A stretch of DNA of 64,000 nt from assembly GCA_016432365.1 (NCBI GenBank), contig CP066686.1, positions 192,355-256,354 on the forward strand. Direction: 5' to 3'. A program made the position numbers and the translations under genes. Origin of the DNA: Candidatus Woesebacteria bacterium. Lineage in GTDB: Bacteria > Patescibacteriota > Microgenomatia > UBA8517. Shown piece after piece: positions 47,844 to 57,290 of the stretch. The notes below the pieces were generated by a model that ran no database searches, was not told where the DNA came from, and was given only the letters and a program-made list of their open reading frames with translations. Every line of letters starts with the position of its first letter. Position 1 is the first letter of the stretch.

Positions 47844-48188
47844 TTATGCCGGTCCTAGGACAAAATTTCCTTTCCCCAGAAAATATATAAGCAGTCCCAA
47901 GAACAAAATTATTATGAGGAAATAACCGACAGACCAGCCCCCCTCGTGTGGGAAAAAAAGATCAAAAGGATACGATGTAAAAATAGAAGTTTTAAGCTTC
48001 TTAAGGGAAGACATGGTTAAATAAAAAGCGGCATACACAATTATTGCCGTAGTGAGAACAACAATTATAAAAACATAATTGTTTTTAAAAAAATCTAATA
48101 ATGTGTTAAGAAGTGTGATCAAAGCGCCAGTAAGAGTGACCCCAAGATGACCAGTATTCCAAGTCCGGCTCCTGCCATTGTCGGCCAA
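47844..48188 (-). CDS. Hypothetical membrane protein (overlaps the 3' end of the next gene in another frame)
   Basis: 114 aa, three hydrophobic helices; 70-nt overlap with 48119-49051, so one of the two ends may be wrong. Confidence 0.3.
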   Translation of the reverse strand: MADNGRSRTWNTGHLGVTLTGALITLLNTLLDFFKNNYVFIIVVLTTAIIVYAAFYLTMSSLKKLKTSIFTSYPFDLFFPHEGGWSVGYFLIIILFLGLLIYFLGKGNFVLGPA

Positions 48189-49051
48189 TCCGTTCCTGAT
48201 TGTGGAAGAGTCGGAGGTGTTGCGGTTGGTGCGGGCGTGCCGTTACAAACACAGTCGCTTTCGGCTGTACAAGAGGGATTTCTACAAAAACCGTTGTAGC
48301 AGACAAGATCGCTTCCGCAATTAAAGTTGCTTCCACATGTTCCGCCGCATGAGTTTGGTGGAGCGGTTGGCGTAGCTGTAGGTGAGGCACTAGGACTTTC
48401 CGTTTGTGTGCCGGCCACAGTTACAGCAATAGAACAGTTAGAGGTTGAGTCACCTGCACCCTGGACGGTGGCTGTATTTGATATAGTTCCTGTCGCCGTG
48501 TCGTTTACGGACACTCTAAAGGCGGCCTGAGTATTTGTTCCCGCCAGAGTACATGTGACTTTTCTGGTCGAAGCCGCGTAGCCACACTCACTATCGCTAT
48601 CAACAAATGTAACTTCAGTTGGCAGGGTGTCCGTTATTGTAATGGCCTTCGTGGTATTGGGTGGCCCCGGTTTTACAACAAACACAATTTTATCGCCGAC
48701 ATTCACACTGGCGTTATTTGCAAGCAAGTTTGCATTAGAGATGTCGTAACTACCAGCGGTATTCGAAGCCACATCCTTGTACACTCTTTTGCTTGTACAA
48801 ACAATCACTCCGGGTGTTGCGGTGGGGGTTGCTGTTGGTGTCGCAGTTGGGGTGGGAGTAGCTGTTTGTGTGGTAAAAGTAAAAGAAAGATTGCAGGAAT
48901 TTTCGGACGCTTTTGGATTACTTGAAGGAACGTTCGGAGCCACTGACGTTTGACGCAACTGGTAAAGCCTGATAGCGGTAAAAATGGCAACACCTGCCAA
49001 GATTAGGGTAATAATTATTATTAAGCCGGTTGCAAATTTAGATTTTTTCAT
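48119..49051 (-). CDS. Surface protein: N-terminal signal anchor, (TATP)n linker, DUF11-type conserved repeat domain, Cys-rich module, C-terminal LPXTG-like motif (LPQSG) + hydrophobic tail
   Basis: 310 aa; ITITDTLPTEVTFV...TATVQGAGD resembles DUF11/TIGR01451; 10+ cysteines in the last 70 aa; tail LPQSGTDWPTMAGAGLGILVILGSLLLAL lacks a basic C-terminus. Confidence 0.5.
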   Translation of the reverse strand: MKKSKFATGLIIIITLILAGVAIFTAIRLYQLRQTSVAPNVPSSNPKASENSCNLSFTFTTQTATPTPTATPTATPTATPGVIVCTSKRVYKDVASNTAGSYDISNANLLANNASVNVGDKIVFVVKPGPPNTTKAITITDTLPTEVTFVDSDSECGYAASTRKVTCTLAGTNTQAAFRVSVNDTATGTISNTATVQGAGDSTSNCSIAVTVAGTQTESPSASPTATPTAPPNSCGGTCGSNFNCGSDLVCYNGFCRNPSCTAESDCVCNGTPAPTATPPTLPQSGTDWPTMAGAGLGILVILGSLLLAL

Positions 49052-49066
49052 AATTCAGGTGTTGCG

Positions 49067-49936
49067 TTATCTCCAAATCCTTACTATCTTTAACTCCGCT
49101 GAAACAACAAATGTCGTAACTCCTTCGGGAATGGTATAAAGATCACAAAACTCGTTTGGTACTCCACCAGGCCTTGTTGCAGATGTTTCTGGTCTTAATA
49201 CGCCATTAATTGTGAATCTGGCCATACTAAAAGGAAGATTACTGTTTGTGAATCCAGTAGCGCAAAAATTAACTTGGTTGCCACCCCTAAGTTTTGTAAG
49301 ATCGACATCATTCAATAATACCCAGTCTGTTGAATATGCTTTAATGTTTCGGCACTCGGCAATAAGCTTGAAATCAGTTTTACCTTCACAGTCATGAACC
49401 CATTCATAACTACAGCCACTATTTTTACAATAATCCAACAACTGACAGCGAGTACAGTTATCGTCTGGATCTGGGGGGTCACAGTTCAGATTATCCGCTT
49501 TAGAATTTGGATTTTGATTCTGTCCAGTTAGTAGCACTCCTGTGCCAATTCCGCCGACCAAAAGAAGTAGTCCTAAAATTGTGGCAATAATTTTACCCCC
49601 GCCGAATTTCTTTTTAGGAGAGGATGTTGTCATTGGGGAGAGGCTGCCATCCGGCACCTCCTGTGGTGCGGCGGAGCCAGCCTGTGTGGTATCCGGTGCC
49701 ACACTGGTGGTGGTTGTTGTAGTCGTCGTGGTTATTGGTGGTTCCGGTGGAACGCCAACCGGATCCGCCGGGGTGACGGGTGGAACGTTCTGAATATCCT
49801 GAACATCCTGAAAATCAGGAGGAAGCGGTGGAAGGTCGGCTTGGGGAAAAATAACAGGAGTTGCCCCAGAATCCGTTGGTTGGTTCTGGTTATTCTGATT
49901 TGGATCGTTTTGATTGGGCATGTTTTTGAAAAACAA
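49067..49936 (-). CDS. Pro/Thr-rich membrane-anchored protein with extracellular Cys-rich domain
   Basis: 289 aa; poly-Thr run (TTTTTTTTT), TM helix IIATILGLLLLVGGIGTGVLL, then a 10-Cys domain (CDPPDPDDNCTRCQLLDYCKNSGC...). Confidence 0.45.
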   Translation of the reverse strand: MFFKNMPNQNDPNQNNQNQPTDSGATPVIFPQADLPPLPPDFQDVQDIQNVPPVTPADPVGVPPEPPITTTTTTTTTSVAPDTTQAGSAAPQEVPDGSLSPMTTSSPKKKFGGGKIIATILGLLLLVGGIGTGVLLTGQNQNPNSKADNLNCDPPDPDDNCTRCQLLDYCKNSGCSYEWVHDCEGKTDFKLIAECRNIKAYSTDWVLLNDVDLTKLRGGNQVNFCATGFTNSNLPFSMARFTINGVLRPETSATRPGGVPNEFCDLYTIPEGVTTFVVSAELKIVRIWR

Positions 49937-49989
49937 ATGACGATGTCAAACGACATCTATACTCAGAATAGAGAAAAGACTAGTTATAG

Positions 49990-50736
49990 TCAAGGAGATC
50001 GGCTAAATGTGTCGGAAATCGTGATTTTTCCTGTGCTTCCGTCAATTAATATATTTGTTCCGTCAGATATTTTTAATTTAGGCGAGACTATTGCAGGAAT
50101 ATTAAATTCGCGGGCTAAAATCGCTCCGTGGGAGGTTACTCCACCGTTTAACAATATAATACCAATACATTTTGAAAATTGTCTGGTATATTTAGTTCCG
50201 GCTGTCGGAAAAATCCCGATGCAATTTTTTGGAATTGTCTGCCTTTCGGAAGTAATATTTAGCGCTTTTCCTTTAACAACACCATCTGATACTCCGAATG
50301 TTTTGACCGTTTTTATAACCTGATCATTTTGCGCATCTTTTTTATTAGACCCGGTTATCATTTTTTTTACAGCTAGCCTGTATTTTCTAAGTTCTATCAG
50401 AGTATTAATGAGGTTGTTATTAGTCTTGGTGCCACGGTCTACCTTTTTATTAATGGAAATTATTTCCTGATTCGATTTGCCATAGGCCAAATACTTGGCA
50501 TAGAACTCGTTTAAATAACCAATCGCGATCGCCCGTGGATAGACCGTATTTATCAAATATTCTTGGTCTTTCGATGCTTTAATCTCAGAGACAAGTTTGT
50601 GAGCAAACTTAACATTTTTTTGAGGATTAACAACCCATTTAACAAAAAGATAGGTAGTTTTGATGATGTTTGTGGTTCCGAGCAGCTTCATTGCTAAGTC
50701 GTAGCTTGTTTTGTTTTCTATCAAAATGGATTTCAT
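49990..50736 (-). CDS. Standalone PEP-utilizing-enzyme mobile (phosphohistidine swivel) domain protein
   Basis: 248 aa; C-terminal GGVTSHGAILAREFNIPAIV...TGKITI matches the swivel domain of PEP synthase/PPDK/enzyme I, catalytic His in TSHGA. Confidence 0.6.
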   Translation of the reverse strand: MKSILIENKTSYDLAMKLLGTTNIIKTTYLFVKWVVNPQKNVKFAHKLVSEIKASKDQEYLINTVYPRAIAIGYLNEFYAKYLAYGKSNQEIISINKKVDRGTKTNNNLINTLIELRKYRLAVKKMITGSNKKDAQNDQVIKTVKTFGVSDGVVKGKALNITSERQTIPKNCIGIFPTAGTKYTRQFSKCIGIILLNGGVTSHGAILAREFNIPAIVSPKLKISDGTNILIDGSTGKITISDTFSRSP

Positions 50737-50756
50737 TGGCGAGTATAATTAATTAT

Positions 50757-51050
50757 ATGATATTCGCAGCATCGCTTTTATTATTTTTGGTAATTTTTAC
50801 ACTTTCTGTAACAGATGCCAAAGCCATAGTTGTTCTTATCCCCGTAGTTCTAATTCCGATCGTAAATGTAGTTGTTTGGGTTATTGGAGCGATTGCAACA
50901 CCAGTTGTGGGACTCACAGCTTTGTACTTCAAAATTAAGAAGAAATCGCCGGTGATTGGTATATTACTCGGAGTGGTTCTGCTTTTACTACTAGGGTTAA
51001 TAATTACAATTGTATTTAAGATAATTAACCCCGAAAGGCCAATCTATTGA
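50757..51050 (+). CDS. Small hypothetical membrane protein
   Basis: ORF 50670-51050 overlaps the previous gene; ATG at 50757 gives about 97 aa with three TM helices. Confidence 0.35.
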   Translation: MIFAASLLLFLVIFTLSVTDAKAIVVLIPVVLIPIVNVVVWVIGAIATPVVGLTALYFKIKKKSPVIGILLGVVLLLLLGLIITIVFKIINPERPIY

Positions 51051-52021
51051 TACAACTGTTCGTAGATTCCGAATCCGTTTATTCGTTTTCCATTTTCTGT
51101 AACAACTTCACCTTCGACCTGTCCGGTAGTCCAAGCATAGGGGGAAAAGGACACATTCTTATCGATCTCGTTTAAAAAGCTTACATTGATATTTTTGTTG
51201 ATATTGGCAGGGATTTTGATCTTATATCCGGTGGTTAAGACTTTTTGAATATCAAAAGCAAAAGATTTTTGGATTCGGCCATAATTATCTTTATAGATCG
51301 CAATGGAGTGTGATTTATATTCACCTTTATAGTTGTTATCAACGGATGTCTTGTCTACATGATAAAAATTTCCGTCTGTGTCCCAAAAAGCAACCCAATC
51401 GCTGTTTATTCCTACCGGGTTGTTTACAACGATAGAACTAATAGAAGTGGCATAAGCATAGGTTCTGCTATAAAGGACATGGCTATCATATGACTTTCCG
51501 TTTAAGATTATCTGACCGGAAGTTTCAGATCTGAACTGAGTATATTCGGGGAGGCTTCTAATCCCCAGTTCATTATTAAATTCCGGTACATTAAATTCGA
51601 CCTTGTTACTGCCAATTTGCACTTCTCCTGAGACACTTTGTTTTAAAACGCGGGTTGGATCAACGACAACGTTCCATTTTGGTATTATCGGACTGCTTAC
51701 AATGTCAGAATCAACAGAGATAGTATTTGAGATGTCGCTTTGCCATGTTTTACCGTCGAAAAAAAATGCCTTCTGTCGTTGTGAGTATGACGAACTCGTT
51801 TTAAAAGTCCTGGATGCATAAGCAATTAAAGTATAGTGGGGTGCGTCTTTTGAAATAAGAATTATTTCATCACTAAAATAAGGCTTTAAATTTGACTGGC
51901 TTGTTTCTGTTTCTACATCAGATTTTATGAATAAATCTTTCAAAAAATATCCTGAATAAAACGAGGCAAGAACACTTAACACGAAGATGGCGACAACGAA
52001 AACATACTGTTTAGTAGTCAT
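51044..52021 (-). CDS. Hypothetical secreted/membrane-anchored protein
   Basis: 325 aa; N-terminal signal anchor; otherwise unassigned, Ser/Asn/Tyr-rich. Confidence 0.45.
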   Translation of the reverse strand: MTTKQYVFVVAIFVLSVLASFYSGYFLKDLFIKSDVETETSQSNLKPYFSDEIILISKDAPHYTLIAYASRTFKTSSSYSQRQKAFFFDGKTWQSDISNTISVDSDIVSSPIIPKWNVVVDPTRVLKQSVSGEVQIGSNKVEFNVPEFNNELGIRSLPEYTQFRSETSGQIILNGKSYDSHVLYSRTYAYATSISSIVVNNPVGINSDWVAFWDTDGNFYHVDKTSVDNNYKGEYKSHSIAIYKDNYGRIQKSFAFDIQKVLTTGYKIKIPANINKNINVSFLNEIDKNVSFSPYAWTTGQVEGEVVTENGKRINGFGIYEQLYQ

Positions 52022-52024
52022 AGC

Positions 52025-53320
52025 TTAATTTTCAGATGCCTTCCAGATAAAAGTGCCAAAACTCAAAATTGCTATGCCTATCGCAAACAATATAAGAGTG
52101 GGAACCGTTTCACCTGTAACCGGAATGGGTTTAGGGGAAGCTGTAGGTGATGCGCTAGCGGTTGCCCCGGGGGTCGGGGATGGGAATATTCCTGAATTAG
52201 ATGCGGTGAAAGCCGGGTTCTCGCTAGCCTGAACAATAAAGTTTCTGGTAAGAGTTCTGGTTATTCCGTTTGAATCAATCCAGGAAATGGTAATTGAATG
52301 AGCACCAGCTGCTAAATCGACCGGAGCACTAAAGGTCCAAGTGCCGTCTTTGGCGATAAACATATCTTGTGTAACGGGATCGGATTGAATTGTGATGGTA
52401 ATTTTTTCCCCTCCCGGGCCTCGGCCAAAAAATTCCGGCCGGGAACTGGTTACAATTTCTCCTTCACTCAAGCTTTCCAGTATTACACTGGTTGGAGTCG
52501 GAGATCCCGTTGCAACAGGAATAGAAAATTTCGACTCCTTTACTGTATTCTCAGGGAGACTCAAATTGGCATTTGGAATCTGACCGCTTTGGGATGGAGG
52601 AAGACCTCTTAAATCGTAGACTTGTCCCAAAACCATTGGTGGGACCGGGTTGGCGGACTGTGGAAAAATTTGAGCGGAGCTTACCCCATCTGCTCCTGCT
52701 TGAATTGAGATTGAAAGTAAAGTTTGAGCCTTGTCTATTTGCGCATAGCTCGTTAAGTCTTGAGTTCTTACAGATCCCAATTGAAAAACAAAGTTTCCCG
52801 TATCAGACGTGAGAGTGGAAAGAAGGTATCCGCCAACTTCTATATAGGCGAGCACTCCTTTTTCAGGGACTCCCGAGGCATTTATGACGGAACCGGAAAC
52901 AAGTAGATTATTTTGGCTGATTCCCAGGTCCGGGCCTGTAGAAAATTCCCACGGGATTCCACCGTTATCAAACATTGTTCCATCCGAATTTATTTTGTAG
53001 AAATATTTTGTACCGGCTTTAAGTCCGGTAAGAGTTATGGCGTGAATCGAAAGTTTTGCATTATTTTCCCCATCGGTTTTGTTTAATGATGATTTGGATT
53101 CCCCCCAAGAAATAAAACTCAAAGTTTCTTTATCGGTGACCCATGAGATTGTGGCGGAGGTGTCGCTGATATTACTTATGCGGATGTCTTTTGGAGCAAT
53201 GGAGCTGTCTGCTCCAATCCTAAAAACTTGATTCATGCCCAAAAAGAAAACTCCGGCAAAAATTCCTACAAGAAGTATAACTATTCCTAGGATTGTTGGT
53301 ATTTTATTTTTTTTGATCAT
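52025..53320 (-). CDS. Surface protein with fibronectin type III-like domain, N- and C-terminal TM anchors
   Basis: 431 aa; FN3-like RISNISDTSATISWVTDKETLSFISWGES...TGLKAGTKYFYKI; C-terminal TM plus a short tail. Confidence 0.5.
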   Translation of the reverse strand: MIKKNKIPTILGIVILLVGIFAGVFFLGMNQVFRIGADSSIAPKDIRISNISDTSATISWVTDKETLSFISWGESKSSLNKTDGENNAKLSIHAITLTGLKAGTKYFYKINSDGTMFDNGGIPWEFSTGPDLGISQNNLLVSGSVINASGVPEKGVLAYIEVGGYLLSTLTSDTGNFVFQLGSVRTQDLTSYAQIDKAQTLLSISIQAGADGVSSAQIFPQSANPVPPMVLGQVYDLRGLPPSQSGQIPNANLSLPENTVKESKFSIPVATGSPTPTSVILESLSEGEIVTSSRPEFFGRGPGGEKITITIQSDPVTQDMFIAKDGTWTFSAPVDLAAGAHSITISWIDSNGITRTLTRNFIVQASENPAFTASNSGIFPSPTPGATASASPTASPKPIPVTGETVPTLILFAIGIAILSFGTFIWKASEN

Positions 53321-53329
53321 TTTTGAAAA

Positions 53330-53680
53330 TTAAGGCGATGGCGACGCAGACGGCGACGAGATTGGCTCTTGTGAGAGGTTCGGAGTGGGAGTGGGATTGG
53401 ATGTGGATGTGCCGGTCGGTTGGGAAGGCGTAGTCGCGGAAAGTTTGGCGGTAACCACGTTATCCGGGATTTGAGAATCGTCAAGAAAAATACGGGATTC
53501 TATTTGTTTTAGAGTATCGATATCTAATGTTGGTGTAAGGGGTTCAGACACTTCTTTTGGAACCACGGCGGGAGGCTTCGACGTCAATGCCCCGTAAATA
53601 GTTAGAGATATCCACATAATAACTGTAATTAATGTAAGTATAAGTATTATTACAACATTTGGTATCTTTTGAACTTTCAT
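53330..53680 (-). CDS. Small membrane-anchored Pro/Thr-rich protein (PilP-position gene)
   Basis: 116 aa; one TM helix, then a low-complexity P/T/S tail. Confidence 0.35.
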   Translation of the reverse strand: MKVQKIPNVVIILILTLITVIMWISLTIYGALTSKPPAVVPKEVSEPLTPTLDIDTLKQIESRIFLDDSQIPDNVVTAKLSATTPSQPTGTSTSNPTPTPNLSQEPISSPSASPSP

Positions 53681-53681
53681 A

Positions 53682-54278
53682 TTAATTTTTTAGAAACGGA
53701 ACCCTGCCGGCAATTATTGCAACTATAACTTGTCCGGAATCGGTTTGGGAAGCATTAATTCCCAAACTGTCAATCTTAATTGTTACCCTCAGATTCTCAA
53801 GATCTTTTATGAAAGACTCTATATTTGGATAAGCCCCTTTAATACTTAAAGAGATTTGCATCTCGCCAGGATTGCCCGGGATTGGTTTGTAATCGGAACT
53901 CTTCTTTGCGGACGGGTTGGCTCCGACCAGCACTGTCTGGCCGATGGAAAATCCTAAAATAGAGACAGCGTCTTTTACGGCAAGTCCCTGGATTTGTTTT
54001 GAGATGATGTCTACATTGGCTTGAGATGATATTGCAATGTCGACATCCCTCGTGGCGGCCTCGTTTTGCGTTAGAACGTTCTCGGCAGTTTGCAGGTTTT
54101 TTATTTTAAGGTTCAAACCGGCGAGGGTGGTCTTTTTTTCCTGGATTTGTTGAACCAAACTTATAATTGTTAGTACTGTGGGCTTGAGAGCAAATGAAAG
54201 AAAAATTGTAATGGTTGTAAGAGAAAGTATGATTTCGAGAAACGCGCGAAGTTCGGCCCTTTTTTTATAAAGAGCCAT
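53682..54278 (-). CDS. pilO: Type IV pilus assembly protein PilO-like
   Basis: ORF reaches 54335; likely start MALYKKRAELRAF at 54278. N-terminal TM, coiled coil, PilO-like C-terminal domain; immediately downstream of pilN. Confidence 0.5.
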   Translation of the reverse strand: MALYKKRAELRAFLEIILSLTTITIFLSFALKPTVLTIISLVQQIQEKKTTLAGLNLKIKNLQTAENVLTQNEAATRDVDIAISSQANVDIISKQIQGLAVKDAVSILGFSIGQTVLVGANPSAKKSSDYKPIPGNPGEMQISLSIKGAYPNIESFIKDLENLRVTIKIDSLGINASQTDSGQVIVAIIAGRVPFLKN

Positions 54279-54341
54279 AATATTTAAAAAATATTCTCTA
54301 TATCGTAAGTATGATCCTCTCCAACCAAGTGCCATGTTTTT

Positions 54342-54875
54342 TTAGAATAAAATTTTTATTATGAAAATCGTCGATCCGGGTCTGTCTTCAGATGAATTGA
54401 TTGAGCTGAGTTCCACTTTTTTGAAAGAGGGAATGTTTCCCAGATTGCTTGCAAACTGAGCAATTGCAAGTTCGGAGGACGCAATTCCTTTTACTGCCAT
54501 GCTATTTTCTTGAACGGATACAGAAGAAAGGGTCACATCGGTTGGGGTCACCGACGCCACAGTTCCCGCTCTATCGCTGGGTTTTACTACTGAGGAAAGT
54601 GCTTTGAAAATACTTAGTTTGGCTTGGATTCCTCTGAAACGTTTTTCCAATTCTTCCTGGGCGGATATTTGGGCGCTACGAATCTTCACTGAGTCGGTTA
54701 AATCTGAATTTTGTGCATCCAGCCAAAAGCGCGAAAGAAATGCGGCCATAACTACCATCTCTGTTATTATGACAATTATTCTAAAAGTGCCGGTTGCCCA
54801 CCTTAATACACGACCAATAGTGGAAGCTTCAAATTCTTCTTGAGGTAATAAATTGATTGATTTATTTTTGGGCAT
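54342..54875 (-). CDS. pilN: Type IV pilus assembly protein PilN-like
   Basis: 177 aa; hallmark N-terminus KSINLLPQE, single TM, periplasmic domain. Confidence 0.6.
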   Translation of the reverse strand: MPKNKSINLLPQEEFEASTIGRVLRWATGTFRIIVIITEMVVMAAFLSRFWLDAQNSDLTDSVKIRSAQISAQEELEKRFRGIQAKLSIFKALSSVVKPSDRAGTVASVTPTDVTLSSVSVQENSMAVKGIASSELAIAQFASNLGNIPSFKKVELSSINSSEDRPGSTIFIIKILF

Positions 54876-54909
54876 GACAACAAGATCTACTTGTATTCAA
54901 TATAGCATA

Positions 54910-54997
54910 TAAGCAAACCTTGGCCAACTAATATTTCAGTGGTAAGCATAGCTTGCATTTCGATGACTCAAAGTAAGCAAAGCTTGGCCAACTAATA
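54910..54997. repeat. Direct repeats taagcaaaScttggccaactaata (24 nt, 23/24 identical), each with the palindrome TTGGCCAA, plus a degenerate middle copy at 32-nt periodicity
   Basis: Copies at 54910-54933 and 54974-54997; related taagcatagcttgc at 54942; located between rpsT and pilN. Confidence 0.6.
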
Positions 54998-55049
54998 AAA
55001 GTTGGTGAAAAGAAGCGAAAGAAGATGTTAAATTTTTAAAACAAAAAAA

Positions 55050-55343
55050 TTATGACTTCTTTTTTGGAGTTTTTGAAGATTTTGGCTTAATTTCTTTCTT
55101 TTCCGTTTTCTTGACCAAAAGTTTTGCCATTTGTGATTTTATTCTTGCGGCCTTATTTTTGTGGATGACCTTTTTCTTGGCGGCTCTATCTGCAAGTGAA
55201 ATAGCCACTGTGATTTTTCCGGTAGTTTTGTCTTTTTTGGCAATTCTGATAGCCGCCTCAAGCTTGCTGATAATAAGCTTGTTTACTGATTCTTTGACTT
55301 TGCTGCCCCTAAGGGCTCTTTTGGCTGTTTTTGTTACTGGCAT
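55050..55343 (-). CDS. rpsT: 30S ribosomal protein S20
   Basis: ORF 55050-55358; ATG 55343 gives MPVTKTAKRALRGSK...VIHKNKAARIKSQMAKL, typical S20. Confidence 0.85.
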   Translation of the reverse strand: MPVTKTAKRALRGSKVKESVNKLIISKLEAAIRIAKKDKTTGKITVAISLADRAAKKKVIHKNKAARIKSQMAKLLVKKTEKKEIKPKSSKTPKKKS

Positions 55344-55414
55344 ATATATTGAAATCAAACCCCTGATTTCACGATTGTTAGTATACGATAAAGAGGCTAG
55401 AATATCAACCAGAT

Positions 55415-57115
55415 ATGAATGATTTGATCGCCAGGGGCAAAAAACTTCTGAATTCTCAGCAAAATACAGTTCTTTCAGCGGCTAGCCTTATCATGATAAT
55501 GATTGTTGCCAGCAGGATCCTGGGTTTAGTCAGACAAAGAGTGTTAGCCAATTATTTTGCTCCAAGCGAACTTTCGCTCTTCTTTGCCGCTTTTAGGCTT
55601 CCGGATGCAATTTTTGAGGTTTTGGTTTTTGGAACATTTTCTTCTGCTTTTATTCCGGTTTTTACAAAAGCTTTAAGAAAAGGTAAAAAAAGAGCCTGGG
55701 AAATCGCCGGACGGGTGGTCACGATAGGTCTTTTGGCGTTTGGGTTTGCCGCAATATTGCTAGCTATTTGGGCGCCACAAATTTACTCTGTCATAGCTCC
55801 GGGTTATAAAGATGGGGAAACTGCTCAAATTGCAAATCTTGCCAGAATTCTTTTTGCGGCCCAAGGATTTTTTGTTGTAAGTTATGTTTTAACAGGAGTT
55901 TTGGAAAGTCTGAGAAGATTTTTAGTACCTGCACTTGCTCCTCTTTTTTACAATGTCGGCATAATTTTGGGGACGGTATTTCTTACGCGTCATTTGGGGC
56001 TAATGGCTCCGGCGGTAGGGGTTGTAATCGGAGCCTTTGCCCACTTTATGGTCCAGTTCCCACTATCCCGAAAACTCGGTTTCCGGTTTGTCTGGGATTT
56101 TAAACCTGACAGTGGAGTTAAAAAGGTTGGAACATTGGCCCTTCCCCGTGTAATAGATCTAACTTTTGACCAGATGGGTAAAACTACCGAGCTTTTTCTT
56201 TCGTCCATTATTTCCCAAGCTTCTTATACATATTACATATTTGCTAATACCTTGCAGCTCCTGCCGGTGACTCTTTTTGGAACATCGCTTGCAAAGGCTG
56301 TTTTGCCACTTTTGTCTCGCGCTGACGGTGATAAAAAAGAATATAGAAGAATTCTTCTGACTGCAATCTTTCAGGCGATATTTTTTACCTTACCGCTTTC
56401 TGCGGCTCTCATAGTTCTGAGAATTCCAATCGTCCGTCTCGTCTATGGAACAAAAATATTTGATTGGGAAGCCACTGTTCAGACAGGAATGGTCTTGTCG
56501 GTTTATGCAATAGGAGTCGTTTCGCAAACATTAATGTCAATTCTGGCACGTGCCTTTTTTGCTCTCCACGACACTCGTACTCCGGTTAAGATTTCTTTTA
56601 TCGGTCTCACTCTATTGATTAGCGGTGACTTTCTTTTGGTGAAAGGCCTTGGACTTCCTGTCTGGGCGCTTGCCGCATCTTTTTCATTTAGTACTATAGT
56701 TGAGGCAATAATTTTATCCATTCTTCTTCACAAGAAAGTGGGTGAACTGATTGGGCTAAAATTTTTTTGGCATATTGCTAAGATTTTCGTAGCTACGATA
56801 ATCTCAGGATTTTCGATGTTTTTCCTAATCAAATTTTTTGACAGGTGGTATTGGTTGAAACAGGCGACCTCGATCCCGTTTGAGAAATTTGTTCTGGATA
56901 CCCGTTACGCAGGAAACTTATTGATTTTAACAGTTGTCACTTTTTTAATCGGTATGGCAATCTATATCCTTGTCTCACTTATCCTGAGAGTGGCCGAAGC
57001 AAGCTACTTCATAACTATTGTAAAGAGATTGGTAACTAAAAAAACACTTCCGCGCATTTCCGACAAAGAGCAGGAGCCTGTGAGTCCCACAACTACCGAT
57101 ACTCAGGAACAATAA
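55415..57115 (+). CDS. murJ: Lipid II flippase MurJ (MviN)
   Basis: 566 aa, 14 TM helices; conserved N-terminus SAASLIMIMIVASRILGLVRQRVLANYFAPSELSLFFAAFRLPD. Confidence 0.9.
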   Translation: MNDLIARGKKLLNSQQNTVLSAASLIMIMIVASRILGLVRQRVLANYFAPSELSLFFAAFRLPDAIFEVLVFGTFSSAFIPVFTKALRKGKKRAWEIAGRVVTIGLLAFGFAAILLAIWAPQIYSVIAPGYKDGETAQIANLARILFAAQGFFVVSYVLTGVLESLRRFLVPALAPLFYNVGIILGTVFLTRHLGLMAPAVGVVIGAFAHFMVQFPLSRKLGFRFVWDFKPDSGVKKVGTLALPRVIDLTFDQMGKTTELFLSSIISQASYTYYIFANTLQLLPVTLFGTSLAKAVLPLLSRADGDKKEYRRILLTAIFQAIFFTLPLSAALIVLRIPIVRLVYGTKIFDWEATVQTGMVLSVYAIGVVSQTLMSILARAFFALHDTRTPVKISFIGLTLLISGDFLLVKGLGLPVWALAASFSFSTIVEAIILSILLHKKVGELIGLKFFWHIAKIFVATIISGFSMFFLIKFFDRWYWLKQATSIPFEKFVLDTRYAGNLLILTVVTFLIGMAIYILVSLILRVAEASYFITIVKRLVTKKTLPRISDKEQEPVSPTTTDTQEQ

Positions 57116-57171
57116 CCCCTTGACCCCACTTCGCCAAGGCTTCGCGGGGTCGGCGGGCCGTCAAACGGCTC

Positions 57172-57200
57172 TTGACATCCGTTAGCACTCGAGGTAAGAT
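57172..57200 (+). promoter_or_regulatory. Sigma-70-type promoter of the hrcA-grpE-dnaK-dnaJ operon (TTGACA-N17-TAAGAT)
   Basis: TTGACA 57172-57177, TAAGAT 57195-57200. Confidence 0.5.
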
Positions 57201-57208
57201 ACTGCTAA
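57182..57208 (+). promoter_or_regulatory. CIRCE-like operator overlapping the hrcA promoter
   Basis: TTAGCACTC-gaggtaaga-tAcTGCTAA; left half 9/9, right half 7/9 versus consensus. Confidence 0.55.
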
Positions 57209-57290
57209 AGTAGAGTAAAAGAGTGAAAGAGTCTAAGAGTTTAAGTTTCAAACTCCGGCTCTCCAGCTCTCCTGCTCTTCAACTCTAAAA

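Noticed and set aside
48119-48188. 70-nt overlap between two minus-strand ORFs (47844-48188 and 48119-49051)
   Set aside because: Could indicate a frameshift or a mis-called start. The downstream ORF has an internal Met after the overlap, so a shorter non-overlapping gene is the simpler reading; not treated as programmed frameshifting.
54910-54997. Possible mini-CRISPR array
   Set aside because: There are only two good 24-nt repeats plus one degenerate copy. The repeat has no typical CRISPR repeat features, no cas genes lie nearby, and the spacing equals the repeat period. A regulatory site array is more likely.
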